Notes: generated from the letters alone by a model not told the origin. 64,000 nt of DNA from Basidiobolus meristosporus CBS 931.73 (GCA_002104905.1 MCFE01000200.1:62001-126000); one strand, 5' to 3'. Shown: positions 50,627-63,370, counted from the first letter of the stretch. Made by a program: numbers and translations.

Positions 50627-51394
50627 TTATTTGTCGGCAATCTTCTTGGTACCGCGGAGAAGACCGGTACGACGGGCAGCAATAAGACCGACCTTTTGAC
50701 CAGCAGAGGAGTCGCGGGCAACGGTAGAAGCATGACCGATGTGTTGGTGATTACCACCACCGTGAGGATGGTCGACGGGGTTCATGGCAACACCACGAGT
50801 CTTAGGCCAGCAGTTACGCTTAACTCTGTATTTGTGGTAAGCACGACCAGCCTTAAGCAAGGGCTTGTCAATACGACCACCACCAGCAACGATACCAATG
50901 GTGGCACGGCAGGTAGATTGGATGACCTTCTTGGAGCCGGAAGGAAGCTTGACTCTGGTCTTACCATCATCGTGGTTGTGGGAAATGATGGTGGCGTAGT
51001 TACCGGAAGCACGGGCAATGGCACCACGGTCACCAACACTCTCTTCAATGTTACAGATGATGGTACCCTCAGGCATAGCAGAGAGGGGCAAGACGTTACC
51101 AATGGTCAAAGCAGCCTTCTTACCGCAGTAGACGAATTGTCCAGTGTACATACCCTCAGTGGCGATGAAGGTTTGGGTGTGGGTCTTGTATCTGTAGGGA
51201 TCACGGAATTGGACCTTGGCGAGGGGAGCACCACGTCCAGGATCGTGAATGATCTCCTTGACGATACCACGAATGTAACCATTACGTTCAGCAAAATCAA
51301 GAGGGCGAAGTTGAGCGGCACCCTTTCTAAGGCGGGTGTGGGACTTGAAGATACCACCGGGACCCTTTCTCTGAGCACGAATGACGCGACCCAT
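50627..51394 (-). CDS. RPL2: 60S ribosomal protein L2 (uL2; animal L8), 255 aa
   Basis: [11 protein letters not shown]...[21 protein letters not shown]...GLIAARRTG. Confidence 0.98.
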   Translation of the reverse strand: MGRVIRAQRKGPGGIFKSHTRLRKGAAQLRPLDFAERNGYIRGIVKEIIHDPGRGAPLAKVQFRDPYRYKTHTQTFIATEGMYTGQFVYCGKKAALTIGNVLPLSAMPEGTIICNIEESVGDRGAIARASGNYATIISHNHDDGKTRVKLPSGSKKVIQSTCRATIGIVAGGGRIDKPLLKAGRAYHKYRVKRNCWPKTRGVAMNPVDHPHGGGNHQHIGHASTVARDSSAGQKVGLIAARRTGLLRGTKKIADK

Positions 51395-51399
51395 TTTAT

Positions 51400-51492
51400 C
51401 TATGAACAAGGAGGGGTTCTGGTTAGTGTTTGGCTCTTGGAACAATCCCCATGGAATGGATGCATGGCATTGTAGAAAGATGGATGAATTAC
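51400..51492 (-). other. Probable 5'-UTR intron of RPL2 (93 bp)
   Basis: GTAATT donor, CTAAC branch site, ATAG acceptor 5 nt before the ATG. Confidence 0.65.
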
Positions 51493-51871
51493 CTTACAGA
51501 GGTCAAATGCGTTAGGTTGGAAGGAAAGAAAGATTGATTCTCTTTGCGTGGCTACTTATTTGATTCCTGGAAAATTTTACTATGAATTTTCTTGGATCTC
51601 CTCACTTATCCCGGGCAAATTTGTGGAATTTCTTTTTTGTCCTGCTGTTGTCGCTTGGATCTTAATCAAATTTTGTGCATATCGGAAAACACTGTGATTT
51701 TACATGATCTCTCGTTATTTACGATAGCGATAATTTTATTTTTGTGCACGGTTATATTTTATATTTATATTGAGTGGAGATTCGAATTTGATTGAATTAT
51801 TTCGAACAAAATTTATTGATTGAAAGTGTAGATGCAGATGATGAATATGAATTAGCTACTTCGTTATTAAT

Positions 51872-53460
51872 TTACAATTGAGGTCCAGCAGCAATAATCT
51901 CTGGTGTAGCTTGATCAGCGTACAACTTGAAGTTGTCGTTGAACAGACCAGCCAACTTCTCGACTGTGGCAACGTAGGACTCCTTGGTACCCTTCCAGGC
52001 AGCAGAGGGGTTCAGCACCTCACTGGGAACATTGCTGACACTCTTGGGAATCTCAATGTTGAAGATGGGGTAGTTCTCGAACTCGGCTTGGGCAAGCTCT
52101 CCATTGTGGATGGCATCAATGATGGCACGTGAGTACTTGAGGGAGATGCGTGAGCCAACACCATACGCACCACCGTTCCATCCGGTGTTCACCAACCACA
52201 CGTTGGTGTTGTGCTCCTTCATCTTCTCGGCAAGCATGGAGGCATACTTGACTGGATGCCAGACAAGGAACGGCTGGCCGAAGCAGGCGGAGAAGGTGGC
52301 TTGGGGCTCGGTGACTCCCTCCTCGGTACCGGCAATCTTGGCAGTGTATCCAGAGATGAAGTGGTACATGGCTTGGGCAGAGGTGAGCTTGGCCACTGGG
52401 GGCAACACTCCGAATGCGTCACAGGTCAACAGGACAATGTTCTTGGGGTGACCACCGACGCATGGGATCTTGGCGTTGGGAATGTACTCAATGGGATAGG
52501 CACAACGGGTGTTCTCGGTCAAAGATGAGTCGGTGTAGTCGACAACTCTGGTGTGCTCATCGAACACCACGTTCTCCAACACTGAGCCGAAGCGGATGGC
52601 ATTGAAGATCTCGGGCTCCTTCTCAGCCGAGAGATCAATGCACTTGGCATAGCAACCACCCTCGATGTTGAACACTCCGTTGTCGGTCCAGCAGTGCTCA
52701 TCATCACCAATCAAGAAGCGGCTGGGATCAGCAGACAAGGTGGTCTTGCCGGTTCCAGACAATCCGAAGAACAAGGACACATCGCCATCAGGCCCTTCGT
52801 TGGCGCTGGAGTGAAGGGAGAGAACTCCAGCCTTGGGCATGAGGTAGTGCATGATGGTGAACACTCCCTTCTTCATTTCACCAGCGTACTCGGTGCCGAG
52901 AATGACGAACTCCTTGCGCTCGAAGCTGATGGCAACGGAGGTGGTGCTGGACATGCCAGAGGTGTAACGGTTGGCAGGGAACTGACCAGCATTGAAGATG
53001 GTGAAGTCGGGCTCACCAAAGTTCTCGAGCTCCTCCGCAGTGGGACGGATGAGCATGTTGCGCATGAAGAGAGCGTGGTAGGCACGGGCGCAGATCACTC
53101 TGACCTTGATGCGGTACTTGGGATCCCAACCAGCGAATCCATCGAGAACATAGAGACGCTCGCGGGTGTTGAGGTAGTCGACCGCTCTTTCGTGGTTGAT
53201 GCTGAAGACGCGGTCCTCCATAGGAATGTTCACAGGGCCCCACCAGATATCACCACTGGTGGACTTCTCCTCGACAATACGCTTGTCTTTGGGCTTCTTC
53301 CGGTCTTCTTGCCAGAGGAAGTGATGATGGCACCAGCTGAACTGAGGTAGGTACCCTTTTCGTACTGCAAAGCATGCTCATATAACTTTGCTACAGACAG
53401 ATTGCGAAGAACAGGCTTATTGGTATCAATACCAGATTCGGAGTTGAGAGTGAAGGCCAT
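51872..53460 (-). pseudogene. PCK1: PEP carboxykinase copy 6 with a 1-bp deletion (pseudogene or sequencing error)
   Basis: 1589 bp versus 1590. Reads AGCCCAAAGAC where copy 5 has AGCCCCAAAGAC (~53291). Otherwise intact. Confidence 0.85.
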
Positions 53461-54561
53461 ATTGGTACTAATATGGATGTTTGAAACTGATTGTTGCTCG
53501 TTCCATGTACCAGTGCTGTCTTTTATATTGTTTGCTCAAGATGCTGTTCCTGTTAATGAATCCATTGCTTCACGGCGTGCTTCTAAACATCTTCCTATTA
53601 TGATAGACCAATAGAACTCCCTTACAGCTGTGTACTGAAACCAATATGCCGACATATCCCGTTGTACAAATAAATCGACGAATTTGTTTATTTCGAGAAT
53701 CACTCCGAAACTACCCGTGGGTTGTGAACAACCAATTTGAAGAGTCATCGAATCATCGCCTTATTGAGCAGCTTTTGAATCTTAATGCCCATTGTTTCAT
53801 GGGCTTAAATTAAATGGGGTACCTGTCATCATCGTAGAACACAAACACATCTACTCGGTTGAAATCAACTTGTGGGATCTGATTTCTAATTATAGCAGCA
53901 TGATTCACATAACTTGTTTTAAGTAAGAATCCGTAACCTTTTCATTTTGGGTCAGGGATTACCAAGGTAGAAAGAAGGTTTCAATTCGGAGATACAATTT
54001 CTATCCCATTTTGAAGTTCCTACTTATTAATCTATTATTTGGCAGATGTCGGAATTTCAATTCACAAGCTATCGAAGCTGAGGATCTCAAAGCTGACATT
54101 AGTGCTAAGGTAGTTTCTTATGCGTTTGGTAGATCACCCATACGATTTGACACATGCCAATTGTGGGTGCTTATCATTAAGACCGCTAGCAAGCATAATG
54201 GGCTTGGGTATGAGATTGGATGAGAAACATTTATTTGAGAGCCATAAATGGCATTTGTTTCAAAATCTGCTTAGTAATACCTAGTAAACAACTTTTCGGT
54301 TTCTCCGGTTGGCATTGTCCGTAATAGTGGACTTTACGCACAATAGGGCTGGCGTGCAGCTATAGCTAATTTTGAAAAAGTTTTAATGTGCTTGGTGACC
54401 GTATTTATATCTCAATATTGTTTATTTTTAACAGGGTAGTGATACAACAAATACTAATCCGAAGACAACGGAATCAAGAACCGAATAAAATGAAATATTC
54501 ATGCGACCTACTGTTAGATAGTATTTGTAAGAGGGGAGTTTTCATGCTTAGCTATGACTTT

Positions 54562-56151
54562 CTATACACGAGGGCCAGCTGCTACGATTTCAGGAGTGGC
54601 TTTGTCGGCATAGAGTTTGAAGTTATCGTTGAACAGACCAGCCAACTTCTCGACTGTGGCAACGTAGGACTCCTTGGTACCCTTCCAGGCAGCAGAGGGG
54701 TTCAGCACCTCACTGGGAACATTGCTGACGCTCTTGGGAATCTCAATGTTGAAGATGGGGTAGTTCTCGAACTCGGCTTGGGCAAGCTCTCCATTGTGGA
54801 TGGCATCAATGATGGCACGTGAGTACTTGAGGGAGATGCGTGAGCCAACACCATAGGCACCACCGTTCCATCCGGTGTTCACCAACCACACGTTGGTGTT
54901 GTGCTCCTTCATCTTCTCGGCAAGCATGGAGGCATACTTGACTGGATGCCAGACAAGGAACGGCTGGCCGAAGCAGGCGGAGAAGGTGGCTTGGGGCTCG
55001 GTGACTCCCTCCTCGGTACCGGCAATCTTGGCAGTGTATCCAGAGATGAAGTGGTACATGGCTTGGGCAGAGGTGAGCTTGGCCACTGGGGGCAACACTC
55101 CGAATGCGTCACAGGTCAACAGGACAATGTTCTTGGGGTGACCACCGACGCATGGGATCTTGGCGTTGGGAATGTACTCAATGGGATAGGCACAACGGGT
55201 GTTCTCGGTCAAAGATGAGTCGGTGTAGTCGACAACTCTGGTGTGCTCATCGAACACCACGTTCTCCAACACTGAGCCGAAGCGGATGGCATTGAAGATC
55301 TCGGGCTCCTTCTCAGCCGAGAGATCAATGCACTTGGCATAGCAACCACCCTCGATGTTGAACACTCCGTTGTCGGTCCAGCAGTGCTCATCATCACCAA
55401 TCAAGAAGCGGCTGGGATCAGCAGACAGGGTGGTCTTGCCGGTTCCAGACAACCCGAAGAACAAGGACACATCGCCATCAGGCCCTTCGTTGGCACTGGA
55501 GTGAAGAGAGAGAACTCCAGCCTTGGGCATGAGGTAGTGCATGATGGTGAACACTCCCTTCTTCATCTCACCAGCGTACTCGGTGCCGAGAATGACGAAC
55601 TCCTTGCGCTCGAAGCTGATGGCAACGGAGGTGGTGCTGGACATGCCTGAGGTGTAACGGTTGGCAGGGAACTGGCCAGCGTTGAAGATGGTGAAGTCGG
55701 GCTCACCAAAGTTCTCGAGCTCCTCCGCAGTGGGACGGATGAGCATGTTGCGCATGAAGAGCGCGTGGTAGGCACGGGCGCAGATCACTCTGACCTTGAT
55801 GCGGTACTTGGGATCCCAACCAGCGAATCCATCGAGAACATAGAGACGCTCACGGGTGTTGAGGTAGTCAACAGCTCTTTCGTGGTTGATGCTGAAGACG
55901 CGGTCCTCCAAAGGAATGTTCACAGGGCCCCACCAGATATCACCACTGGTGGACTTCTCCTCGACAATGCGCTTATCGCTTGGGCTTCTTCCGGTCTTCT
56001 TGCCAGAGGAAGTGATGATGGCGCCAGCTGAGCTGAGATAGGTTCCTTTTTCGTAGTTCAAAGCATTCTCGTACAGTTTTGCCACTGAAAGATTGCGAAG
56101 AACAGGCTTATTGGTATCGATGCCGTATGATTCGTTTAGTTTGAAAGCCAT
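54562..56151 (-). CDS. PCK1: PEP carboxykinase (ATP), copy 7
   Basis: Intact 529-aa ORF with the most divergent N-terminus; ends GPRV. Confidence 0.97.
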   Translation of the reverse strand: MAFKLNESYGIDTNKPVLRNLSVAKLYENALNYEKGTYLSSAGAIITSSGKKTGRSPSDKRIVEEKSTSGDIWWGPVNIPLEDRVFSINHERAVDYLNTRERLYVLDGFAGWDPKYRIKVRVICARAYHALFMRNMLIRPTAEELENFGEPDFTIFNAGQFPANRYTSGMSSTTSVAISFERKEFVILGTEYAGEMKKGVFTIMHYLMPKAGVLSLHSSANEGPDGDVSLFFGLSGTGKTTLSADPSRFLIGDDEHCWTDNGVFNIEGGCYAKCIDLSAEKEPEIFNAIRFGSVLENVVFDEHTRVVDYTDSSLTENTRCAYPIEYIPNAKIPCVGGHPKNIVLLTCDAFGVLPPVAKLTSAQAMYHFISGYTAKIAGTEEGVTEPQATFSACFGQPFLVWHPVKYASMLAEKMKEHNTNVWLVNTGWNGGAYGVGSRISLKYSRAIIDAIHNGELAQAEFENYPIFNIEIPKSVSNVPSEVLNPSAAWKGTKESYVATVEKLAGLFNDNFKLYADKATPEIVAAGPRV

Positions 56152-57542
56152 TGTAATAAAGCTGTAGCTGATGCTTAACAGTCATCATGGAGCAGTTCTT
56201 TTATAGCTTGTACGGACATTTACTCAGGGTACCCGGTATACTCCGACACTTGATATATTCATCTACCATTTATAATGGTGTAACTCTGGCCAAGCAGCAA
56301 TGCCTATTGCAGTATAGTCGAAATGTTCTTGCACTTCGTGGTAAGAAACCAAATATAAATGCACCCACATCATGCTAATAGCCCTCTATAGTTATGTTTT
56401 GATATTCCGCACATGGGAGTGAATTGGTACCGTTTCAGAATCCATCCCAATGTAGAATCAGGCTAGATACGAATCACTCTTTTTAAATTCCCGGTTTCAG
56501 GGTGGAGTTGACAGAAGGCATTGGAAGGGAAGAATTCACACACAGAAGTCTAAGTGCGAGAAGATATCCGGATTGTTGATCAATGATCATCTACATCAAT
56601 GGATAGCGCCGGTGGGACCAATTAGGTCACCCTACATCGGGGTGGGCACCTCAAGCACCTCTACTAGTGCCACTTGAAACCTACGCTTGAGTAGGAATGG
56701 ATGAAACCACCTTCCTTTTCGGTAGAAGACACCGGTTTCTATTTATTATAGTTTACAGTGAGTAAGCCGGTGGGGATTGAGGAGAATATGTAGCGTCTGG
56801 CGATTCCTTCGCAGTTAGGGTTGAAACGGAGCCCATAAATGGAAATCAGGAATAGAGTTACCTTGGCCATTTCACTATTAAACCTAAGCTTCTGGACGCA
56901 GCTCACTAGCCTGAAACCTATGGATTCTATTTTAAGCTACCTCGTGAGTAATTATTCGTCTGGCGAGGTATCCCCAAGAAAAATCGCTAGATTGGGGTCA
57001 GTAAAAGCAGTACCATGTGTGATGTGATTTAAGCATCATAGCATTCTCGTCTGGTTGCGTCTGGCTAAATCATTTCGTCTTAGTATTTCATATTGCCCTG
57101 TTGAGACGCCGAATACTGATTTTCAAGTAGAGTTGTGGTGTGTCAATGATAATGTTGCCACCGATTTATAGTGAAATCCTCGAGATTGTATTTAGAAACA
57201 AATATCAGAATTAGACTAGCAATATCTAATGTCACTTCGAGTGTTATCAACTCATTCCTTAGCAATAATCTAAGTAGAATCTTTGATTGTATGAATGGGT
57301 TGTGTGTAAACTGAATAGTTACAGCAGCTATAAGCATATCGCAGCCATTACCTGGTCCTCAAAGGTAAAGCCTTTGTCTCCACATTAATATCCCCTGAAT
57401 AATGTCCATGTAATGATGGTTGATATAATCATCCTGGTTATGGTAGTATAAGCTAGGCAGTCTTTCTTTAGACTAACAGTAACATTTACCAGAGCAAAAT
57501 AGACTGTTAGAGACAGCAATTTTGAAGTTCGTAGCTTGTTAC

Positions 57543-60500
57543 TGTTGTAAGAGTCTTGGAGATATTGCAAGTGATTTGGGAGGACAAGTAGATTATGTGG
57601 TTTTCACTTAATGATTTATTGAATGTAAAAGTAGTATTTATACTTTTACATGGTCTTGGCGCAAAAACCACATAGAATAGATTTAGGAAGGTCCCAAGAA
57701 CATGTGTGTCAAGTTTGGGGCTGTTTGAACAACTTTGAGATTTTTCATGTTCTGGGTACCTGATATCTTGATGAAAATATTCCAAGTAAGTCCCAATAAG
57801 GATTTTGGTCTGTATTCTCTAAGACTTGGAGGTAGTGATCTAAATGACTAAGTTAGGTCAATATTTAGGTGGAATTCCAAATTTTTACAGCAATCAGTGT
57901 ATCTTAAGCAGATATCAGCAGTTCCTTTTAGGTATCTAAAAATCTGCTTTACTGCTGCAATATGATCAGATCCATAGTTCTGATTAGGCTGGCTGACAAC
58001 TACACTGAATATGAGATATCTGGACAAGTTACAAGCATGATATACATCAGACTGCCAACCATAGATTGATAAGGAAACTTGGGGCTTTTAGATGGCACCA
58101 AGCTGTCTTGATCTGGTTGAGTTTTGACCAAGTCAAGGTCTGTCTCCATTAGGCTAGCTGCCAGTTTATAGTCTTCCATTTGGTACTTCTTTAGTGTATC
58201 TGGAGTATACCTGCAATAGTCTGGGTACTTCTGTCTATGAAGAACTTTACCCTTAAGTAGTAACTGAATTCTCCTAGATTGGACATCTTGAACACTTTAG
58301 AAAGGCTGGAATTAGTCTCTTCCAATGTTGCTAGGTTATTGGCAGCTATAATAAGATCATCCACATATAGAATTAATAGAATTGGATTTGCTCTATCTGG
58401 CTTATAGTGTATACTTTAGTCAGCATTATTTCTTTTAAAACTCAAAGATTCCAAATAAGAATTCATTTTGCAATTTCAGGCTCTTGGTCACTGTTAGAGT
58501 CCATATAGAGATTTTTTAAGCTTGCAGACCAAATGGGGATTATCTTGGTTAATAGACCCATCAGACTGGTCCATATATATATCCTCATCAAGTTCACTCA
58601 AAATGCAGCTTTTACATCCAATTGGTGTATAGAAAACTTATATTTGGCTGCAATAGCTAATATCAATCTGATGGAATTAAACTTGGCTACTGGTGCAAAG
58701 GTCTCAGTATAGTCAAGCCCTTTTGTTTGAAAGTATTCTTTGGCCACAAGTCTTGCTGTGTATCCTTCAATTGCACCATCAGCCTTATACTTTGTCTTAA
58801 AGACCCATCAGCATCCAATTGATTTTTGGTTGGTTGGTAACCTTGCTTAGTCCAAAATTTGATTTTCCATTAGGGCCTGATATTTGTCAGTTATTGCAGA
58901 TCTCCAAAACTTTGTCTGAGGGCTATTGAGGGCCTCTTTTACAGTCTGGGGCTCATCAATATGGACTCAATAGGCATAGGCTAGGTTTGTACCCTCATTG
59001 ATATAGTAATTTGGGCTATTTCTGGTCTGGTTGGATCTTCTGGCATTTGACACTGGAATGATCACCTCTGGTATATTCCTGGGCACTGATTCAGGCTGAG
59101 CTACGGTTGCAGAGTCTATTGGAGTGAAAAAATATCATTGTTTTGCTCTGATTCAATCCCAACAATTGGTGGACTTGAGATCAGATTTTTGTCATCATCT
59201 GATGTCATTTTTTGTGAAAATTTTGAGTTTTCATCACACAACAAATTGCTGGACTTGATCAGCTTCTTTGCTTTGCTATTGTAGAGTTTATACGCTTTAC
59301 TCTCATTGCAGTAGCCCAAAAATATGCATTTTACACTTTTTGACTAAATTTTGACCAATTTCCATACAGTTTCTTGGCATATGTTGTACACCCAAATATT
59401 GTTAGATGTTCTGCACTTGGTCTGCATCCATAACATGCTTCAAATGGAGTAGAATCACATAGTATTCTGTTATAACTCCTATTTTTAAGGTATACAGTGG
59501 TAGCAACTGATTCCACCCAAAAATCATAGGATATTTTTTGATCATGGATCATAGATCTTGCCATGTCAATTATTGATCTGTTTGCACATTCTGCTACTCC
59601 ATTTTGCTGTGGGGAGTATGGTACAGTAGTCTCTTGCTTGATCCCATAAATTTGCAAAAGTGGCTGAAGAGTTTTGAGGTATAGTCTCCACCATTGACAG
59701 ATCATATTTTCTTGATTTTTCTCCAGTTTCCCTCTCCACCATGACTTTAAGCTCCCTGGATTTAGACAGAGCTTGTTCCTTTCTCTTCATGAAGCAGACC
59801 AACATAACATCATCCTGCCTAAGGATAAATTTTGTATATGTCCACACAGATATGAGTGAAATAGATCTAATTTTTTCTTAGTCTTGATTGACCCAGAGCT
59901 CATGAATAGCTGTTAGGCTTGTTTATCATATATGCAGGCTTCACAGTGCTCCATATTAGCTGGGGGAGCAACTTCTACTCCAGAAATCAGCTGATCTTTG
60001 ATCAATTTGCTCAAATAATCCAAATTGATGTGTCCAAATCTCCTGTGCCAAAGCATTGATGTTTTTTCATTCAAGTTACTTATATTGGCTTCCAGATATG
60101 ATGGAATATGAGTTAACTTGTACAGATTCTTATCTCTGATACCCAAAGCAATAGGAGCACCATTTTTTTCAGTGATGCTGCATCCAGAATTGTCAAAGCT
60201 GAAACTGAGTCCTTCTGCTGTGGCCTTGCTTAAAGATAGTAGGTTCTGAGCTATTTCTGATACATAGAGTACTTCTTCAAAGGTCAGTGTATGGCTTCCT
60301 TCACTGCTTCTAAGGCTTACTTCGATAATTCCTTCCCCCACTGCATCAAGTGTTCTATTGTCACCCATGAAAACCTTCTTAATTGGAGTTTCTTGATATT
60401 GAGTAAGAAGTTCTTTTTGGTGTGTAAAGTGTTGAGATGCTCCAGAGTCAATATACTACATCTGAGAGTCCTTGTTTGTGGTCATATTTAGTGCAGTTAT

Positions 60501-61667
60501 GAATAGTTGATTTTCAGTTGTTGCAGCATTTCCATATTCAGCCTTTTTCTGCTGACCATCTCTCTTATTAAGACACCAGTCTGATGTGTGTCCTTTCCTT
60601 TGGCAGTAGTGGCAAAGCAGGTTTCTATTGCCTTTGAAAGGTCTTGGGTATCTCCTTTGTTGGTTATCATTGCTTATTAAAGTATTTTTTACTTTCTTCT
60701 TATTGGCACTTGATTTTCTTAATTCTTCATCCAGGAACCTTCCATATACATAATTTAAGGTCAAATCTTCAGTTCTGGACTCTAGGGCTGATACAAGGCC
60801 CTGAGACTTGTCTGTCAGGCTATTCAGGATGGTTACTATCACATCCTCATCAGTAGTTGGTGTGCACACAGATTCCATCTCATCCACCTGCAGGGTAATT
60901 CTGTTAATTAGATTTTCATTTCTTCTCCAGGCAGCATCTTTGTAGTAAAGAATTTCTGTCTAAGATACTTTTTCTTGGCCACTGAACATGACAGGTAGGT
61001 GTCTTCTAATGTCTTCCAGGCATTCTTTGCCATTTTTGCTCTTGAGCTTTGAATTGGCAATTTGTCCTTAACATTAAGGCAAATGCAGTTAAAGGCACTT
61101 TGTTCTTTCTTCTGGTACTTTAAGGATTCCCCTGCCACACTTTTAGGAGGACATTCTTCTCCCATGATAGTATCCCAAAGGCCTCTTTCTTGTAGCAGCA
61201 TCTTCATCTTCACCTTCCATAGTTGGTAGTTAGATCCATTGAACTTTTCAGCAGAGGGAAAAAATTCAGGTAATAGCAGTAATAGACATTGCAGAGAGTG
61301 ACAACTTGGGGCTCATCACCTGCTGTAAGAGCCTTGGGGATATTGGAAGTGATTGGGAGAACAAGTGAACTATGTGGTTTTCACTTAATGATTTATTGAA
61401 TGCAAAGTAGTATTTATACTTTTGCATGGTCTTGGCATAAGAAACACATAGAGTAGGTTTAGGAAGGTCCCAAGAACATGTGTACAAAGTGTGGGGCTAT
61501 TTGGACAACTTACCAAATTTTCATGCTTTGGGTACCTGATATCTTGGTTAAATATTCAAGGTAAATCCCATGAAGGAATTTGGTCAGTATCCTCTAGGAT
61601 TTGAAGGTAACGATCTAGATGACTAAATTAGGCAAATATTTAGGTTGAATTTTAAACTTTTACAACA
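57543..61667 (-). mobile_element. Ty1/Copia element D, degenerate, LTRs 57543-57892 and 61321-61667; RNase H and PPT deleted
   Basis: 5-bp TSD GTTAC at 57538-57542 and 61668-61672. Gag zinc knuckle CHYCQRKGHTSDWC, integrase and RT fragments. Confidence 0.93.
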
Positions 61668-61856
61668 GTTACAAGATTCTAGGGTGTATTAGAAGTGACC
61701 TTGAGAAGTAGAATTGAATGACATTCACTTTTGGTTTTATTGAGTAGCTAACCAGTATTTGTACTTGTAGGGGGAGTTTGTAAGACTGGTGATCAGAGAG
61801 CTTTAAGAAGATCCCAGTAATCTGTGTATAAAGTCTGAGGGCTTCAGTGCATGTCT

Positions 61857-62000
61857 CTCTCACTCTAAAATCTATGAATATGGATCCTGTTTGATTTGAT
61901 AGCATAAAACAACAAGTGCTAACATGTGCATGAAAAATGCACACACAAGGTACATTTGCTATCTACTGATTTTCATGATGAGTAGAATGGATTGATTGAT
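61857..62000. repeat. ~145-bp dispersed repeat, second copy at 62995-63139
   Basis: Shared ctctcactctaaaatc...gctatctactgatt(t/c)catgatgagtagaatggattgatt. Confidence 0.75.
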
Positions 62001-62227
62001 GGAGAGCAGCTTGATGTACGTCATCAGCCAAGATTAGCTGCTGCCAATACTTATAGGTTTTCTAAGAGACTTGGAGCGGTGGGCCTTCATCCTATATCAC
62101 ATTGCTCAGGATGCGGCATTTGTTCTCTCTCCCTACTAGCCCATTCTTGCACAAATCTGATTAGACACTTATTGGTGATTTCGAGCAAGATGGAAACTTC
62201 AAATTATTACCTTATTTATAAACAATC

Positions 62228-62309
62228 GACACTTTGGCGGAGTGGTTAACGCGGTGCCCTGCTAAGGCATTTCCCTATGGGAGCGCAGGTTCGAATCCTG
62301 CAGGTGTCG
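62228..62309 (+). tRNA. tRNA-Ser(GCT)
   Basis: Acceptor GACACTT/AGGTGTC, anticodon loop CT-GCT-AA, long variable arm, GGTTCGAATCC. Confidence 0.95.
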
Positions 62310-62486
62310 GTATTTAAATTTTGATTAAAAGTTTTGAAAGCGCGGAGTGACCAAGTCACTTCCTGACATTAAAAGTCTTGAATAGGGGAACCAACAGTCC
62401 GAGTGTCTTGGGTGTCAATTGTTGCTGACAAACATGGTAAAGTCAAGAGTTGAACACCCAAAAGAACGACCGATTCATTAAGCAAA

Positions 62487-62557
62487 GCATACTTGGTTTA
62501 GTGGTATAATTACCGCCTGCCACGCGGTAGACCGGGGTTCGATTCCCCGAGTATGCA
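62487..62557 (+). tRNA. tRNA-Gly(GCC)
   Basis: Acceptor GCATACT/AGTATGC, anticodon loop CT-GCC-AC, GGTTCGATTCC. Confidence 0.95.
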
Positions 62558-63297
62558 ATTTTGTTTGCTGAAGATAGTTTCTTGTCTTTTTGGGTGGTGA
62601 ATGGAGGGCTAGGGTCAGGGTTAGGGTTAAATAGTCCCCCCTGAGGAATCACTAATATCAGTAGTCGCCGCAAATGAGGTGAAATCAACCGAACGCTTCG
62701 AAAAGATCTTGTTCCAATTTGAAAACTAGGCGTAGGATAACTGTTCAAGCATGTTTCTTGTATCTGTAGCCGAGTTGCCAACCACGTCAACCACGCCTAT
62801 ATAAACAGATTCCCTTTCGAGGAGATTGCCCTGACCCAGCTATTACTATTACAGACCGGTGGTTGTAAAAGTAATTACCTTGGTGTAATAACAGTACAGT
62901 GTACAAATTCGCTGTAAGGTCATTTTTAGCATTTACTAGGCCATGTCATACTCTACATACAAACCAGGTGAAGAACTGCTGGTAGGGGAGGATCCTCTCA
63001 CTCTAAAATCAATGAATAAGGATTCTGTTCGGTTCTATAGTATGATACAACCAGTGCTAACACGTACTGGAAAGATGCATATGCAAGGTAGATTAGCTAT
63101 CTACTGATTTCCATGATGAGTAGAATGGATTGATTTGATCGGTGAAATAATTATTGATCACGTTGAACAGAATTCGAAAATTTCGGTCGGATGATCTACG
63201 GATTGGCCAGTCAATTCATCAGTGAAAGAAAAAAATATAAAGACCGGAGTAAAAGATATGGAAGAATGCAGCACGCATCTGTAAAAAGAGTATATTA

Positions 63298-63370
63298 CAC
63301 CCAACGTGGGGGTCGAACCCACAACCTTGAGATTAAGAGTCTCACGCTCTACCGATTGAGCTAGCCGGGC
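63298..63370 (-). tRNA. tRNA-Lys(CTT)
   Basis: GCCCGGCTAGCTCAATCGGTAGAGCG...CT-CTT-AA...GGTTCGACCCC. Confidence 0.96.

Noticed and set aside
50588-51475. 295-aa plus-strand ORF
   Set aside because: Antisense shadow of the highly biased RPL2 CDS.
39247-55650. Repeated long antisense ORFs ([11 protein letters not shown]..., [11 protein letters not shown]...) and short alternate-frame ORFs in every PCK copy
   Set aside because: Shadow frames produced by strong codon bias; their recurrence simply mirrors PCK identity, and their lengths vary between copies.
39403-56151. PCK array as a pure assembly artefact
   Set aside because: Each copy has distinct 5'/3' coding ends and unique spacers; core SNP assignment could still be affected and needs reads.
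56415-56840. Short inverted match CCGTTTCA/TGAAACGG as possible MITE ends
   Set aside because: Only 8 bp, no TSD, no second copy.
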